A DNA stretch of 63,791 nucleotides, filler included, from Octopus bimaculoides (GCF_001194135.2; 5 parts of 5 records of this genome joined end to end with filler, not necessarily neighbours in it); one strand, 5' to 3'; positions 26,220-38,320 are shown, numbered from the whole stretch's first letter. Notes: a model not told the origin generated them from the letters alone. Numbers and translations are program-made.

Positions 26220-27350
26220 ATAAATCAGCTGTGAAGAGAATATTTGAACCTATAGATGTTTGGTCACAAGAAATAATCTTACTTCTTCCTGTAACATAGA
26301 ATGTTGGCGTCTTGCAATCGACCAATTATTCTTCAAAGGCGTTTTCAACTTCCGCCTACTTGTTGACAACTTTGTTTTGCAGGAAGTTAACAAGATGCTT
26401 TAAAACTTGACATCCTGTAGTGTGAAGTGCTGGAACGTAAGATGGTCGAGGCAGAGACTCTTTGCCAAAATATTTTTGTGCTTTACAGACATTTCTAAGA
26501 TTGGCGAGTTGGCACTGACATGGAAAACAATTGACTCTTTTAGACCGACCAATGTTAAACATAAATGTTGATCTTTAACTTACATAACTTTAACTTACAT
26601 AATTCCTTCTCATGCTTCTCTACAGTGAGATGCTTCTAGGGCTCAGGAAATTACAGACGACATTTCCACTACCTGTCACTAAATCAAGGTCAGGTCCTTC
26701 CTTTGGTACAATTTCGCTTTGTAAATGCGTTTTAGTGGCTATCAGATCACGTGTGAAATCTCTCATGAGTGCTACTGGTAACATGGAATTCAATGCAACC
26801 TGTTGCATTATCGGACCGTCTGTGACTAAAACGGCACTCCCACTATACTTACATGGTGCAGAAGTTTGCTAGAAAATCAACAGGACTAAACACAAGATCT
26901 GTCAAAATGATGGGTGTACCTGGTATAGTTTCAATGACTATTTGTCAATAGCAGGAGCACTCAAAAACTCCGGGTTGGCGTCTGGTATACTAGAAAACCT
27001 CGAGAAGTGAGATACCCTTAGCTTTTTTTAAAGCATGACTCTAGAATTCACTTCAAACTCTGACTTCGTCTGCTCCGATAATCGGCGGCGGCTTGGTTAG
27101 CAAATCCTCTGCGATGCTCTACAATTGACGGTAGGATCAGCTGCTACGTATCACACTGTCCTAAATTGTGTATGCATGTGACTGGGGATCACATGGAAAC
27201 TTTGAAACTTCACAGTGAAACTTAGAACACGCAGGAAAATTTCAACAGAGAAAGTAATAGGCTTCAACTATATGCTACAGACACTTCGTCCAAACGTCCA
27301 GCGATTTGACATTTCACTGTCACAATTAGTAAAAACCAAAAAGCTCTATG
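26220..27350 (-). pseudogene. Decayed protein-coding island of unknown origin
   Basis: Complex, more GC-rich and microsatellite-free. Abutting minus-strand open stretches (VIETIPGTPIILTDLVFSPVDFLANF; SAVLVTDGPIMQQVALNSMLPVALMRDFTRDL...; LVGLKESIVFHVSANSPILEMSVKH...; AEVENAFEE*LVDCKTPTFYVTG) are broken by stops and frameshifts. Confidence 0.45.
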
Positions 27351-27943
27351 ATTAATAGGTGCCTTTTTATGTACATGCGGAGTCTCTTTTGCATATGTGC
27401 GTGTGTATGTGTTTTATCTCATGTGAGCTATGATCTATCTGATTTATGAGAACATTAGCTGCGATTCATCCGTATTTCTTTTATGATTCACATATATTGG
27501 GTGGGTTTAAAATATATTAGTGAACGTGTCGATCCTTGTAACACGACATAGCATAATTTAGGAGGTTTGGTCGCTTATTTCTAACAAGTCAAATGTTCAT
27601 TGGTTTATTATTCAAGTTATCGACAATAATACAAAGAAAAATTTTCAAGTGCAGAAAATATCGTTTTCAAATTTTAGCGGAGGTCCAGCGCTCAACTACG
27701 GGGCGCAACTGATACTTATTTTATCTACTCTAAAAAGAAGCAAGACAAGGTCGACCACAGCAGAATTTGAGCTCAGAAGAATATGCTTCTCAGCATTTTG
27801 CTAACGATCCTGCCAATTCAGTGAAGAAAATAGTATTTTCATTAAGCATTATATAAGTGATATTAGTATGTTCTTCAAAAGAGACTTTCAACTGGGCATC
27901 AGCTTTCTATAAAACACCAACCACACTATAGACAGAAACACAC

Positions 27944-28015
<72 letters not shown>

Positions 28016-28600
28016 NNNNNNNNNNNNNNNNNNNNNNNNNNNNNNNNNNNNNNNNNNNNNNNNNNNNNNNNNNNNNNNNNTATATATATATATATATATA
28101 TATATGATTAAAAATACAAAATGGGACAAGAACGCAAAACATCCGGACATTTAGGTGATACATGAAAGAGACAACAAAACATCCAGATAGATGATACAAA
28201 GAAAACAAGGACGGGTCATTCGGAGTTTTCTTTCCTCAGTCGAGTTCCATATTATCTTTGCAATTTCTGCTGGTTATACTCGAGATTGCTCCAATCTGGC
28301 TAGCCCTAAGGAAAGACTAAGCTAAGAGCATTAAATTCCTTGGAAGAAAGCAGCCAATGTATACGAAAACAAAGACGGAAAAAACGGAGAAAGTTACTCA
28401 AATACAAATAACAGGACATAACAACAAGTGTCGTTCGAATAAGGACTACTTAAATTAAGCTGGCGTGTGTGGAAGTAAAGCCTTGCGGCAGGGATACAAG
28501 TTTTCACAGGCACAGAGAATAATATAGATGTTGCACGGACAACGGCGGAACCAAGAAAGAAAGGTAAGGCTTGGCCGAACACCGGTCACGTAGGAAGAGA

Positions 28601-28660
<60 letters not shown>

Positions 28661-29136
28661 NNNNNNNNNNNNNNNNNNNNNNNNNNNNNNNNNNNNNNNN
28701 NNNNNNNNNNNNNNNNNNNNNNNNNNNNNNNNNNNNNNNNNNNNNNNNNNNNNNNNNNNNNNNNNNNNNNNNNNNNNNNNNNNNNNNNNNNNNNNNNNNN
28801 NNNNNNNNNNNNNNNNNNNNNNNNNNNNNNNNNNNNNNNNNNNNNNNNNNNNNNNNNNNNNNNNNNNNNNNNNNNNNNNNNNNNNNNNNNNNNNNNNNNN
28901 NNNNNNNNNNNNNNNNNNNNNNNNNNNNNNNNNNNNNNNNNNNNNNNNNNNNNNNNNNNNTATATATATATATATTTGAAAGAATGAGTAGAGATGGCAA
29001 AGCAAATTAAATATAATTTGGGATTTTTTTCGGAGGGTGAAAGTGGTAACAAAAACAGGACAGTGAGAACAAAACAGTAAAAACAAACGGTGAGGTCTGT
29101 TAAGCCAAGACAATGTGAAGTGGTGAACACTATTGC

Positions 29137-29305
29137 TAGTTTACATCGACCATAAAACTTGACTGATAAATATGTTATCGACCTCCAAATTGATGATTGG
29201 TAAAGTCAACCTCGACGGCATTTGAACTCAGAACGAAAACACGGACGAAATGCTGCAAAACATTTTGCCTGATATCCAAAGTCTTCAGCCAACTCGACAC
29301 CTTAA
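29137..29305 (-). mobile_element. SINE family B copy (degenerate)
   Basis: AAAGTCAACCTCGACGGCATTTGAACTCAGAACG...GGACGAAAT matches family B in reverse. Confidence 0.7.
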
Positions 29306-29464
29306 TTACGCCTAAATAAGAATCACTAAATAATCATTTCTTATTTAAACTGGCAATAGTGTTTACTATTCTTATAGTCACCAACAGCTGGCTCTATAAC
29401 AAATGAGAGATGCGCTACAAATTTAGCTCATGCCAAATTGTTATTCTGCCACTTTCTATATAGT

Positions 29465-29680
29465 GAAGGCGTTGTCTAGTGGTTAGAATGTTGCCCTCAT
29501 AAGCGCGAGATTGCGTTTCCATTTCCCGAACCGGACAGTTTATTGTGTGTGCTTGAGCAAAATTTTTCATTTTCTCGTTGCTCCTATTCACTCAGTTGTC
29601 AATGTGGACCTCGATCATTGCTGTGATCTCGATAACTTACACGCCATGGAAACTGGGTAATCGGCCCAATGAATTCAAGC
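29465..29680 (+). mobile_element. Degenerate tRNA-SINE: head 2 (CORE-like) + tail 2
   Basis: Head and GTGTGCTTGAGCAAAA...CGTTGCTCC...CACTCAG resemble 53842. Tail ACGCCATGGAAACTGGGTAATCGGCCC resembles the 29911 copy. Confidence 0.6.
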
Positions 29681-29910
29681 ACTAGATGGCAGTAGTGGGT
29701 TATCGCTGCCGTTTACTCACTATATCGACCATATAATTGATTACGAAGATATAAGGGCAGAGACTTGAATATTTGGGACTCTTGCACCTGGTACGAAAGA
29801 AGGGAGAAAAAGCAACGCAAACTAATAAAGCCCGATGTAACAAAACAGTGGGTCTACACATTTCAAGTTTTAAGTACAGCGTGATTAAATCTTATGCAGT
29901 AATCCGACGT

Positions 29911-30220
29911 GGAGCCACATGGTCAAATGGTTAGAGCAGTGGACTCGCGGTCATGGGATCGCGCGTTCGAACCTCAGACCGGGCGATGTGCGTAATTATG
30001 TGCGAAACACCTTAGCTCCACGTGACTCTGGCAGAAGGTAATGGCGACCTTTTGCTGACTCATGCGCCACAGGTCTTTGTCACTCTTTCCTCCTGCATCT
30101 AGGATCTCACCTGCAACAGACCATTGTCCCGTCTAGGTGGGGTACCTATACGCCAATGAAACCGAGAAACCGGCCCTTATGAGCCAGGCATGGCTCGAGA
30201 AGGAACAAAAAAACAAAAAC
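29911..30220 (+). mobile_element. tRNA-SINE: head 1 + tail 2, flanked by GCAGTAATCC duplication
   Basis: Head matches family A. Tail ...GAAACCGGCCCTTATGAGCCAGGCATGGCTCGAGAAGGAAC differs. GCAGTAATCC at 29896-29905 and 30222-30231. Confidence 0.8.
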
Positions 30221-30222
30221 AG

Positions 30223-30445
30223 CAGTAATCCCTCGCTATATCGCGGTTCACCTACCGCTATTTCTTATTTAAGCTTACGTCGATTCCTTCCTGGTGTTGT
30301 TTCGCATTTATAATAAAAATAAATATATCCAAATTATAAAAATAATAATAATAAAATATACAGTACAGTATTGTTTCTACTTCGTGGATTTTCACCTGTC
30401 TCGGGGGGGGGGGCGTAATACCCGCGATAGCTGAGGGACTACTTG
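30223..30445. mobile_element. Tc1/mariner (pogo/Tigger-like) MITE
   Basis: Imperfect TIRs CAGTAATCCCTCGCTATATCGCGG and CCGCGATAGCTGAGGGACTACTTG followed by TA. AT-rich interior. Confidence 0.7.
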
Positions 30446-30810
30446 TATTTGTTTCTGTCTTTGAGCTGCGGTCATGCTGGGGCAGTCGAAATGTTTAGTT
30501 GAATAAATCGGCTCCATTATCTTCCTATTTTGTCTAGTACTTTTAATATGGGGCCCTTCAATTAGAGCACTAAATCAGAGGCTGGAGTCTGGCGAAACAA
30601 ACAAGCAAGAAAACACCCCTGTATATATGTATCCAGTTATGTATCTATATGTATATGGTGGGGTAAGGGTGGGGTCTGGGCGTGTTATGATATTTTCCAT
30701 GAACGGAATGAAGTGAAAATCACTGAATGGCCGATCTTCCTGCAAGGTGTTTAACAAACGTAATTAAGATTATTAAAAAATGCATATTTATATTTAATTT
30801 TTAACTTACC

Positions 30811-31403
30811 TTACGTATTATACATATATCGCACCATGAAAGATATCAAATATGCTTTATTAGTAATGAAGTAGGTAATACAGTACAAAAGTTCAAAATG
30901 TTGGCCATGTAACTCTAAACAAGTGTTCTTATGGAATTTGAAATTGCGATGAACCCTCTCAAATAGCTCTTCATTGGCGTTGACTTGTTCACACTCTTCA
31001 ACAATTCTTTGAAGAAGATGTCTTTGGTCACGAATCTTTTCAGAATACACAAGGGAGTTAATGTAGCCCCAGATAAAAAGTCCATGGGAATTAAATCTGG
31101 TGACCGTGGAGCCCATTCAATTGGCCCGCGACGCCTAAGCCATCTCCCTAGGAAAAGGTTAATTCAAAAAATCAAGAACCTTTAATTCATAATGGAGCAG
31201 AGCCCCATCCTGCTGAAACTGGACAGGATTTCCCCTTCCAAGTGCATGCACGTGAGGCATAACATCATCTTTTTGCCACGCATGTCCAGATACGAATCAC
31301 CTGTCACAGAGCCCTCAAAATAAAATGGACCAATTACTTGATGGTGCCAAATCCCACACCACACCATTACATTGCCCTCGCCTTGCTGGTTATCCGCCTC
31401 CAT
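30811..31403 (-). pseudogene. Tc1/mariner DD41D (rosa-clade) transposase pseudogene, C-terminal part
   Basis: VMVWCGIW...IGPFYFEGSVTG, FQQDGALLHY, RW..RRGPIEWAPRSPDLIPMDF.WGY, CLELHGQHFELL. After repairing one frameshift, 41 residues separate the QQD and PMD aspartates. Confidence 0.9.
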
Positions 31404-31549
31404 CGAATGAGGATTTGTTTGTCAGTAACATCGGCAGTTATGAAAAGAGATTAAAAAAAGAGAATGTTAGCAATTTCACATATAGCAGGATGGTGCGTGA
31501 CTTTATACATTTTTGTATATGCATGTATATGTGTGCGAGTGTGATTACA

Positions 31550-32660
31550 CTCCACGAAAATAATTTAATTTGTGTTCGTGGGAAGAACCATTTCAACGAT
31601 GCGTACTGCCTTAATTCGTCCAAACGCTGGAGTTTTAATGGTAGCAGCTGATGAAGGGGATGTTTCTATGTGGCCTGCTTGTTTGTTGCACCTTGTTTAC
31701 CATTTTTGTCCTTGTTCTTTTGCCACGTCATGTACCCAGTTATGTATCTATATGTACATGTAGATGAACGTATATACATACATGTACATATATATGCATA
31801 TACTCATATATTGTTTGTATCACGANNNNNNNNNNTAGATGAACGTATATACATACATGTACATATATATGCATATACTCATATATTGTTTGTATCACGA
31901 CAGAACGCACGCGTTACTTTTATACAGTAAGTTTTAACTATTTTTCTAACGCGACTCTCTATTTCTATCTCCCCCTCTCATTCTTCCCTCTACTGTTCTT
32001 CACCTCTACCTGTCACTACTTCTCTCTCTCTCTATCTCTTGTTACTCGTACTTCGCCTCTTACTGTTACTACTACTATCTCTCTCTCTCTCTCTCTCTAC
32101 CTCTCGTTGCTCACTTTTATTCTATTTCCTCCCCTTCTGTTCCCTCCGCTACTCTTTCTCTTTACACAGCCTTGGTCACGTGTGTCCGGCTGCTATTTCT
32201 TTTCGTTCTTGGATTCTCCAAGCTCGCACGTACTTCTTTGCCCTTCCTGTTCGTACTTCACAGCGTTCAATACATGCACACTTCACGTCTGGCTGTACAG
32301 CCTTTTAGCTTGTTTTTTTTTATTCACCGTTTGTTTTCCTGTCTTGTTTTCCGTCCGCCACTATCCTCCACGAAAATAATTTAATTTGTGTTCGTGGGAA
32401 GAACCATTTCAACGATGCGTACTGCCTTTAATCTTCGAAACGCCGGTGTTTTAATGGTGGCAGCTGATGAGGGAGATGTTTCTATGTGACGTGCTTGTTT
32501 GTTGTACCTTGTTTATCATTTTGTCCATGTTCCTTTGCCACGTCATGTACCCAGTTATGTATCTATATGTACATGTAGATGAAGGTATGTACATACATGT
32601 ACATGTAGATGAAGGTATGTACATACATGTACATATATATGCATATACTCATATATTGTT

Positions 32661-32661
<1 letters not shown>
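31550..32661 (+). repeat. Pair of ~270-295-bp diverged direct repeats (31550-31816, 32366-32661)
   Basis: Both start CTCCACGAAAATAATTTAATTTGTGTTCGTGGGAAGAACC and end GCATATACTCATATATTGTTT. Roughly 90% identical by eye. Confidence 0.9.
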
Positions 32662-32714
<53 letters not shown>

Positions 32715-33339
32715 GAGATATACACATGCACTAACATTAATATTTAAATCTGTAAAAACATCAAAAACATCATGCGTATTAATATATTTATAATATACAA
32801 AGCCACGGATTAATAACATTGCTTATTTTGCAAATTATTTAAAACTTTTCGCTTGTAATATTGTTCCTAGTTATTCTCAGGGTTTGTTGCACCCGCCAAT
32901 AACATTTGAGCGATAATGGCATAGATTAAGTGTATCATTTCTGTACAAAACGTAGTCTAGAAAATGAAACTCATGAGGCGATAGGTCTGCCATTTCCCAG
33001 TGGAATATTTGTCGCCATTATTTCAAACTATTGGATATCTTTACAAAACTCTATTAAATTTTTTTGGTTTCGAGAAATTTATGTATGTATGTATGTATGT
33101 ATGTATGTATGTATGTACGTAATTTTATATATGTGTGTCTCTGTTGGAATTTATGAGGATATATGTGTGTGTGTGTTTGTGTGTGTATGTATATATATGA
33201 ATATATATACACGTATATATACATATATATATAGATATATATAGAGAGAGAGGAGAGAGGGAGAAAAAGATAAAGATACATAGATATTTATATGTATGTA
33301 TATATATGTGTATATATACATATACATGTATACATATAT

Positions 33340-33380
<41 letters not shown>

Positions 33381-33550
33381 GAGAGAGAGATACATACATA
33401 CATATTTACATGTGTATATATGTGTGTGTGTATAGGTTGCATTCATATACACTTATGTGTATATATTATTATGTATGTATTTAGATATTTAGATATTATA
33501 TGTTTATATGTATGTTTGTTTGCGTTTGTAAAATGAAGTTTTTTCTTCAC

Positions 33551-33584
<34 letters not shown>

Positions 33585-33665
33585 ATCGATATATATATAC
33601 ACAGACACACATATATATATGAATATATACCCATAACGTCTAGTTGGTAGGCATACATAACGCAT

Positions 33666-33725
<60 letters not shown>

Positions 33726-34104
33726 ACACATACAGACCTATATAATCAGCTGTGTATGTTGCCATATGAGTACTAAGATGAAGAATGGGAAACTATCAGG
33801 ATTGTCAGAGCGATAGAATTAAATAACAAAACCTAGGCGTATATTTCAATCGGTGCATGATCGTACAATTATGAAATCATGAATTCTCGACGTCAAATTG
33901 TATAAAATTACCGGTCCGATTCCAGCTCAAAAGCTTTCTCTCCAGATTGCCCTCGCTCATTTAATTTAAAGTTCTACTTTATATCCTGAAACAAGACGCT
34001 CTCTGCTATTTATAAATTACCCGTCAAATGCTACACGAAGTTTGGGCAGACAGTTGTAAACCAAAGAATTTTTTTCCTTTTTCATAAAAAGCATATGTTC
34101 CATT

Positions 34105-34139
<35 letters not shown>

Positions 34140-34180
34140 TGTCATCATCAACATTATTGTTGTTGTTGTTGTTGTTCTTG

Positions 34181-34313
34181 AAATCCACCAGGGTCAACTT
34201 TGCCTTTCAACCTTTCGGAGTCGATATAATTAGTATCAGATACTCACTGGGGTCAATGTAATCGACTCAAGACCATCCCACGAATTTGAGGCCTTGTGCT
34301 TCTAGTAGAAAGG

Positions 34314-34373
<60 letters not shown>

Positions 34374-34495
34374 TTGTTTAAATCCACTCAGGTCGATTTT
34401 ACTTTTCATCCTTTCGGGGTCGATAAACTGGGGTTGATGCAATCGACTAGTTCCCTCTCCCAAAATTTCAGGCCTCGTGCCTATATTAGAAAGTG
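34181..34495 (+). mobile_element. Two 5'-truncated SINE family B copies (34181-34316, 34379-34495) separated by (TTA)n
   Basis: Each has GTCxAxTTTxCxTTTCA.CCTTTCGG...GATxxAATCGACT...GGCCTxGTGC...TAGAAAG. Confidence 0.75.
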
Positions 34496-35249
34496 TTATT
34501 GTTTTTAGAACAAAAATACAAAAAACAGAAGACTTCGATATTGTTAATTGCAATGTTTCCAATTATATGATTCAGTTTAATATCCAAATTTGGAATGGCT
34601 GCCTTGTAAAGAAGCTTGCTTTGCATCCACATGTTTTCGGGTTCCGTGACCAAAGTTTCATCTCCTAATATCATCTTGGGCCGAACAATGTTTTCTGAGG
34701 GAATCTGGTTGATGGAAACTGCGTGGAGGATCGTTGTCTATGGCAGTGTTTCCCTAAGCTTATTTGTAGTTTTTATCGTAAGATAATAAATACAGGTTTG
34801 GCCAAAGGTCACCGGACAGTAAATCAAAATTCCATAAATACTTAATATTCGATTTTATTTATTCATTTGGGAAAATGTGTCACTCAAGAAAGACTTCAGA
34901 TTGAACAATTTTCATGATGTTTCATATTTAGATGCTTTCATTAAATTCATTCAGCTGTTAAAAGTAAATAAATCTAGGACTTAAACGTATGTATGTGTGT
35001 ATGTATGTGTGAAAGGGCTAAGGTGTAGGTGCAGGAGGTGGTCAAACTCTGTTTAAGGAGTAGACAACCACCATACATGTATGTATGTATATATATATAT
35101 ATATCTTGTACAGAAAATAAAAGCGTTCTGGAGCACTAGATGGCTGTGTAGACAGCTTAGAAACTGGTGTAGACCGAATTTGAAAAGTAAGGTTTCGATT
35201 CACTTTAAATGCTGACTGGTCACTTTTTTTAGTTTTTCGTCTTCTACAG

Positions 35250-35368
35250 GTATATACCCGATTTTATAAGCTGTCTTCATAGCCATCCTGCAATCAAGAA
35301 TTGTATTATTTTCTACAGTATACCAACATACATGGGTCTTCGAATTTTATTCGCAACGATTTTGTCTC
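35250..35368 (+). other. Candidate exon (runs into gap) or recursive splice site
   Basis: TGCTGAC branch-like motif at ~35210, long pyrimidine tract, CTACAG at 35249 then GTATAT. One frame is open to the gap and includes ATG 35332 (MGLRILFATILS, signal-peptide-like). Confidence 0.35.
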
Positions 35369-35783
35369 NNNNNNNNNNNNNNNNNNNNNNNNNNNNNNNN
35401 NNNNNNNNNNNNNNNNNNNNNNNNNNNNNNNNNNNNNNNNNNNNNNNNNNNNNNNNNNNNNNNNNNNNNNNNNNNNNNNNNNNNNNNNNNNNNNNNNNNN
35501 NNNNNNNNNNNNNNNNNNNNNNNNNNNNNNNNNNNNNNNNNNNNNNNNNNNNNNNNNNNNNNNNNNNNNNNNNNNNNNNNNNNNNNNNNNNNNNNNNNNN
35601 NNNNNNNNNNNNNNNNNNNNNNNNNNNNNNNNNNNNNNNNNNNNNNNNNNNNNNNNNNNNNNNNNNNNNNNNNNNNNNNNNNNNNNNNNNNNNNNNNNNN
35701 NNNNNNNNNNNNNNNNNNNNNNNNNNNNNNNNNNNNNNNNNNNNNNNNNNNNNNNNNNNNNNNNNNNNNNNNNNNNNNNNNNN

Positions 35784-35886
35784 NCAGTACACAGTAGTGC
35801 AATTTTCTGTATGTTATATATATTTGTAAGTTCTGGTATTTTTGTTCTGTATTTGTCTGAATATTTTTTTATTATACCTAAGGCAC
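35784..35886 (-). mobile_element. R4/Dong-like LINE 3' fragment joined to (TAA)n
   Basis: ALGIIKKYSDKYRTKIPELTNIYNIQKIALLCT, near-identical to the 39826-40138 copy. Confidence 0.85.
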
Positions 35887-35891
35887 AATTA

Positions 35892-35949
<58 letters not shown>

Positions 35950-36360
35950 TACTATTGAGTGAGAGAGCAGTGCATGCCATACGAAGCCCATTATACCCAT
36001 CATGACTACCCGTCTGATAAGGGTACACCAGGCACATGCATCACAACCATATGTGCGCAACTTGGTGATCTCATATCAAGATCAACAGCGCATAGACTTG
36101 CAGGTGGGGCCCAGTTAGAATTTTCTTCATGTAGAGTAGCCCATCCCGCTCAAAAGGTCCCTGAATAAGGTTTGTTTAAGGATGTTGAGCAAAACACCCA
36201 TGTTTCCAAAGGTGAATTATTCAAACCCCCCAAAATTCCTCTCAACACATGGCTATGATGCTCCTCACTACTTCTGTTCATGATCAGATATGCACATATC
36301 GTCAGCTACCAAGGGACATGCTCAACTGGTTAAGGTCAAACAATTGACAAGCAAATCTGC
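35950..36360 (+). mobile_element. Interspersed repeat family E, copy 2
   Basis: Reverse complement of 12061-12366, plus extensions. Flanked by (TTA)n and by (TTC)n/(TTA)n further on. Confidence 0.8.
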
Positions 36361-36480
36361 GACATTAAGCAGAATATTTGCTGTATCCCATCTTTTATAC
36401 GAAGACAAAATAATGTACCTGATAACACTTCCAATCTTCTTCTTCTTCTTCTTCTTCTTCTTCTTCTTCTTCTTCTTCTT

Positions 36481-36558
<78 letters not shown>

Positions 36559-36580
36559 GTTATTATTATTATTATTATTA

Positions 36581-36620
<40 letters not shown>

Positions 36621-36634
36621 CATCATCATACGTA

Positions 36635-37001
36635 GAGGCGCAATGGCTCAGTGGTTAGGGCAGCAGACTCGTGGCCGTAGGATCGCGGTTTCGATTCCCA
36701 GACCAGGTGTTGTGAGTGTTTATTGAGCGAAGACACCTAAAAGCCCCACGAGGCTCCGGCACGGGCCGCTGTATTCTTTCACCACAACTTTATCTCACTG
36801 CTTCTTCCTGTTTCTGTTGTACTTGTATTTCAAAGGGACCAGCCTTGTCACACTCTGTGTCATACTGAATCTCCCCGAGAACTACGTTAAAGATACACGT
36901 GTCTGCGGAGTGCTCAGCCACTTGCACGTTAATTTCACGAGCTGGCTGTTCCGTTGATCGGATCAACTGGAACCCTCGTCGTCGTAACCGGCGGTGTGCC
37001 A
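36635..37001 (+). mobile_element. SINE family A, full length
   Basis: Colinear with 49536 and 56800. Confidence 0.9.
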
Positions 37002-37580
37002 CGATTATTATCATCCACTGTCATCGTAATCATCCTCATTGCGGTCGTCATCGTCATTATCATTATCATGTCGTCATCATCGCCAACATCATCATTATCA
37101 TGATCAAAAGTCTTACGCCAGCAATAATAGTAAAGAAAAGTTCGTTTTTTCTTTTCATTATTTATTATTTTTATTTTGTGTGTTTTTAAATATGTAGTGA
37201 AAATGCCGAAGAAAAGTGAGACGAATGACAATGAACTAACCCTGAACTTTCCTGTCCCCACTTCCTTGGAATAGAATATGACACAAAATATTAAGGAACA
37301 CGACATCGATAGAGATCTGTGCACGCGAATACGTTTAAACGGTTAACTACCAGCATCCTATTACATTTTTCCTGTTTTAAATGAAAAAAATTTCCGTTTT
37401 GTCATACTTTTTTTTTAAGTTTGTCTCATTCACTTTATATTTTTAATTCCGATTCTCCCATTTCACACTTTGGACGGTTTTAATTTCATTGAGTTTGACC
37501 TGAAGCGATCTCACACCGGCGTGTCTCTGTATTATCTTTTACTCTTTTATCTCTTTTACTTGTTTCAGTCATTTGACTGA

Positions 37581-37738
37581 AAGAATACAACAGGGGTCGC
37601 CTCCACCCCCTGCTGGAGCCTCGTGAAGCTTTAGGTGTTTTGGCTCAATAAACACACACAACGCCCGGTCTGGGAATCGAAACCGCAATCCTCCAACCGT
37701 GAGCCCGCTGCCCTAACCACTGGGCCATTGCGCCTCCA
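37581..37738 (-). mobile_element. SINE family A, head portion only
   Basis: Reverse complement of the first ~155 bp of family A. Confidence 0.85.
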
Positions 37739-38270
37739 CTGGTGTAATTTAAGCACAACAAATTAAAATGTGGGAAAAGAATAAAACAATTCTTAACATC
37801 TAGCTAGAGAAAGTAAACTTAGATGCCAAGAACCTCTCTCCGTATACTAGCTGCCTGTAATAACGCTGTTCTCTGGAGCTGTACGAAACTAGGCCTGATG
37901 CCTATTTCCGGGTATTATTATTATTTGCTGAAAGGTGGGTGAATGTAGCGAAAATGGCCCATGTGAGTGGACCTACTCTAACAATGCGTCTGTAGGCTGG
38001 TGAATATGAGACAGAGAAGTGTACCCCACCCGAGTACCCTCGAAGTGTCGGGTGGTTCAGGAGATTGGAAGGACCTGAGTCAATCTTGGGTGGTCATCCT
38101 CCGCCATTGTGGAAATCTCATTGTTTTATTTTTCTTGCTTAATGTTTATTGTTATTATTTTCCCAACAGTTTATTCTTTCTTTTGTGTAAAACCTCCACT
38201 GTCCCCATCTGCTTTATTATCCAGTAATATATTTCAGCTCTAGTGGCCAATAAATGAAATAATAATAATA

Positions 38271-38320
<50 letters not shown>

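Noticed and set aside
28130-28600. Complex stretch that looks like an interspersed repeat, with minus-strand CTGAGGA...CTCCGAAT
   Set aside because: No second copy in the window; GAAA and stem III of a hammerhead are absent.
31761-31900. 65-bp exact tandem duplication around a 10-N gap
   Set aside because: Same artefact pattern as 24679-24782.
33830-34070. CpG-richer unique segment with TATAAAA, GACGTCA and TTTATAAATTA motifs
   Set aside because: Short motifs are expected by chance in AT-rich DNA, and no conservation data are available.
36635-36710. tRNA-like sequences at SINE heads (also 17570-17645, 49536, 53842, 56800)
   Set aside because: No complete cloverleaf or acceptor stem; they continue into SINE bodies, so they are not tRNA genes.
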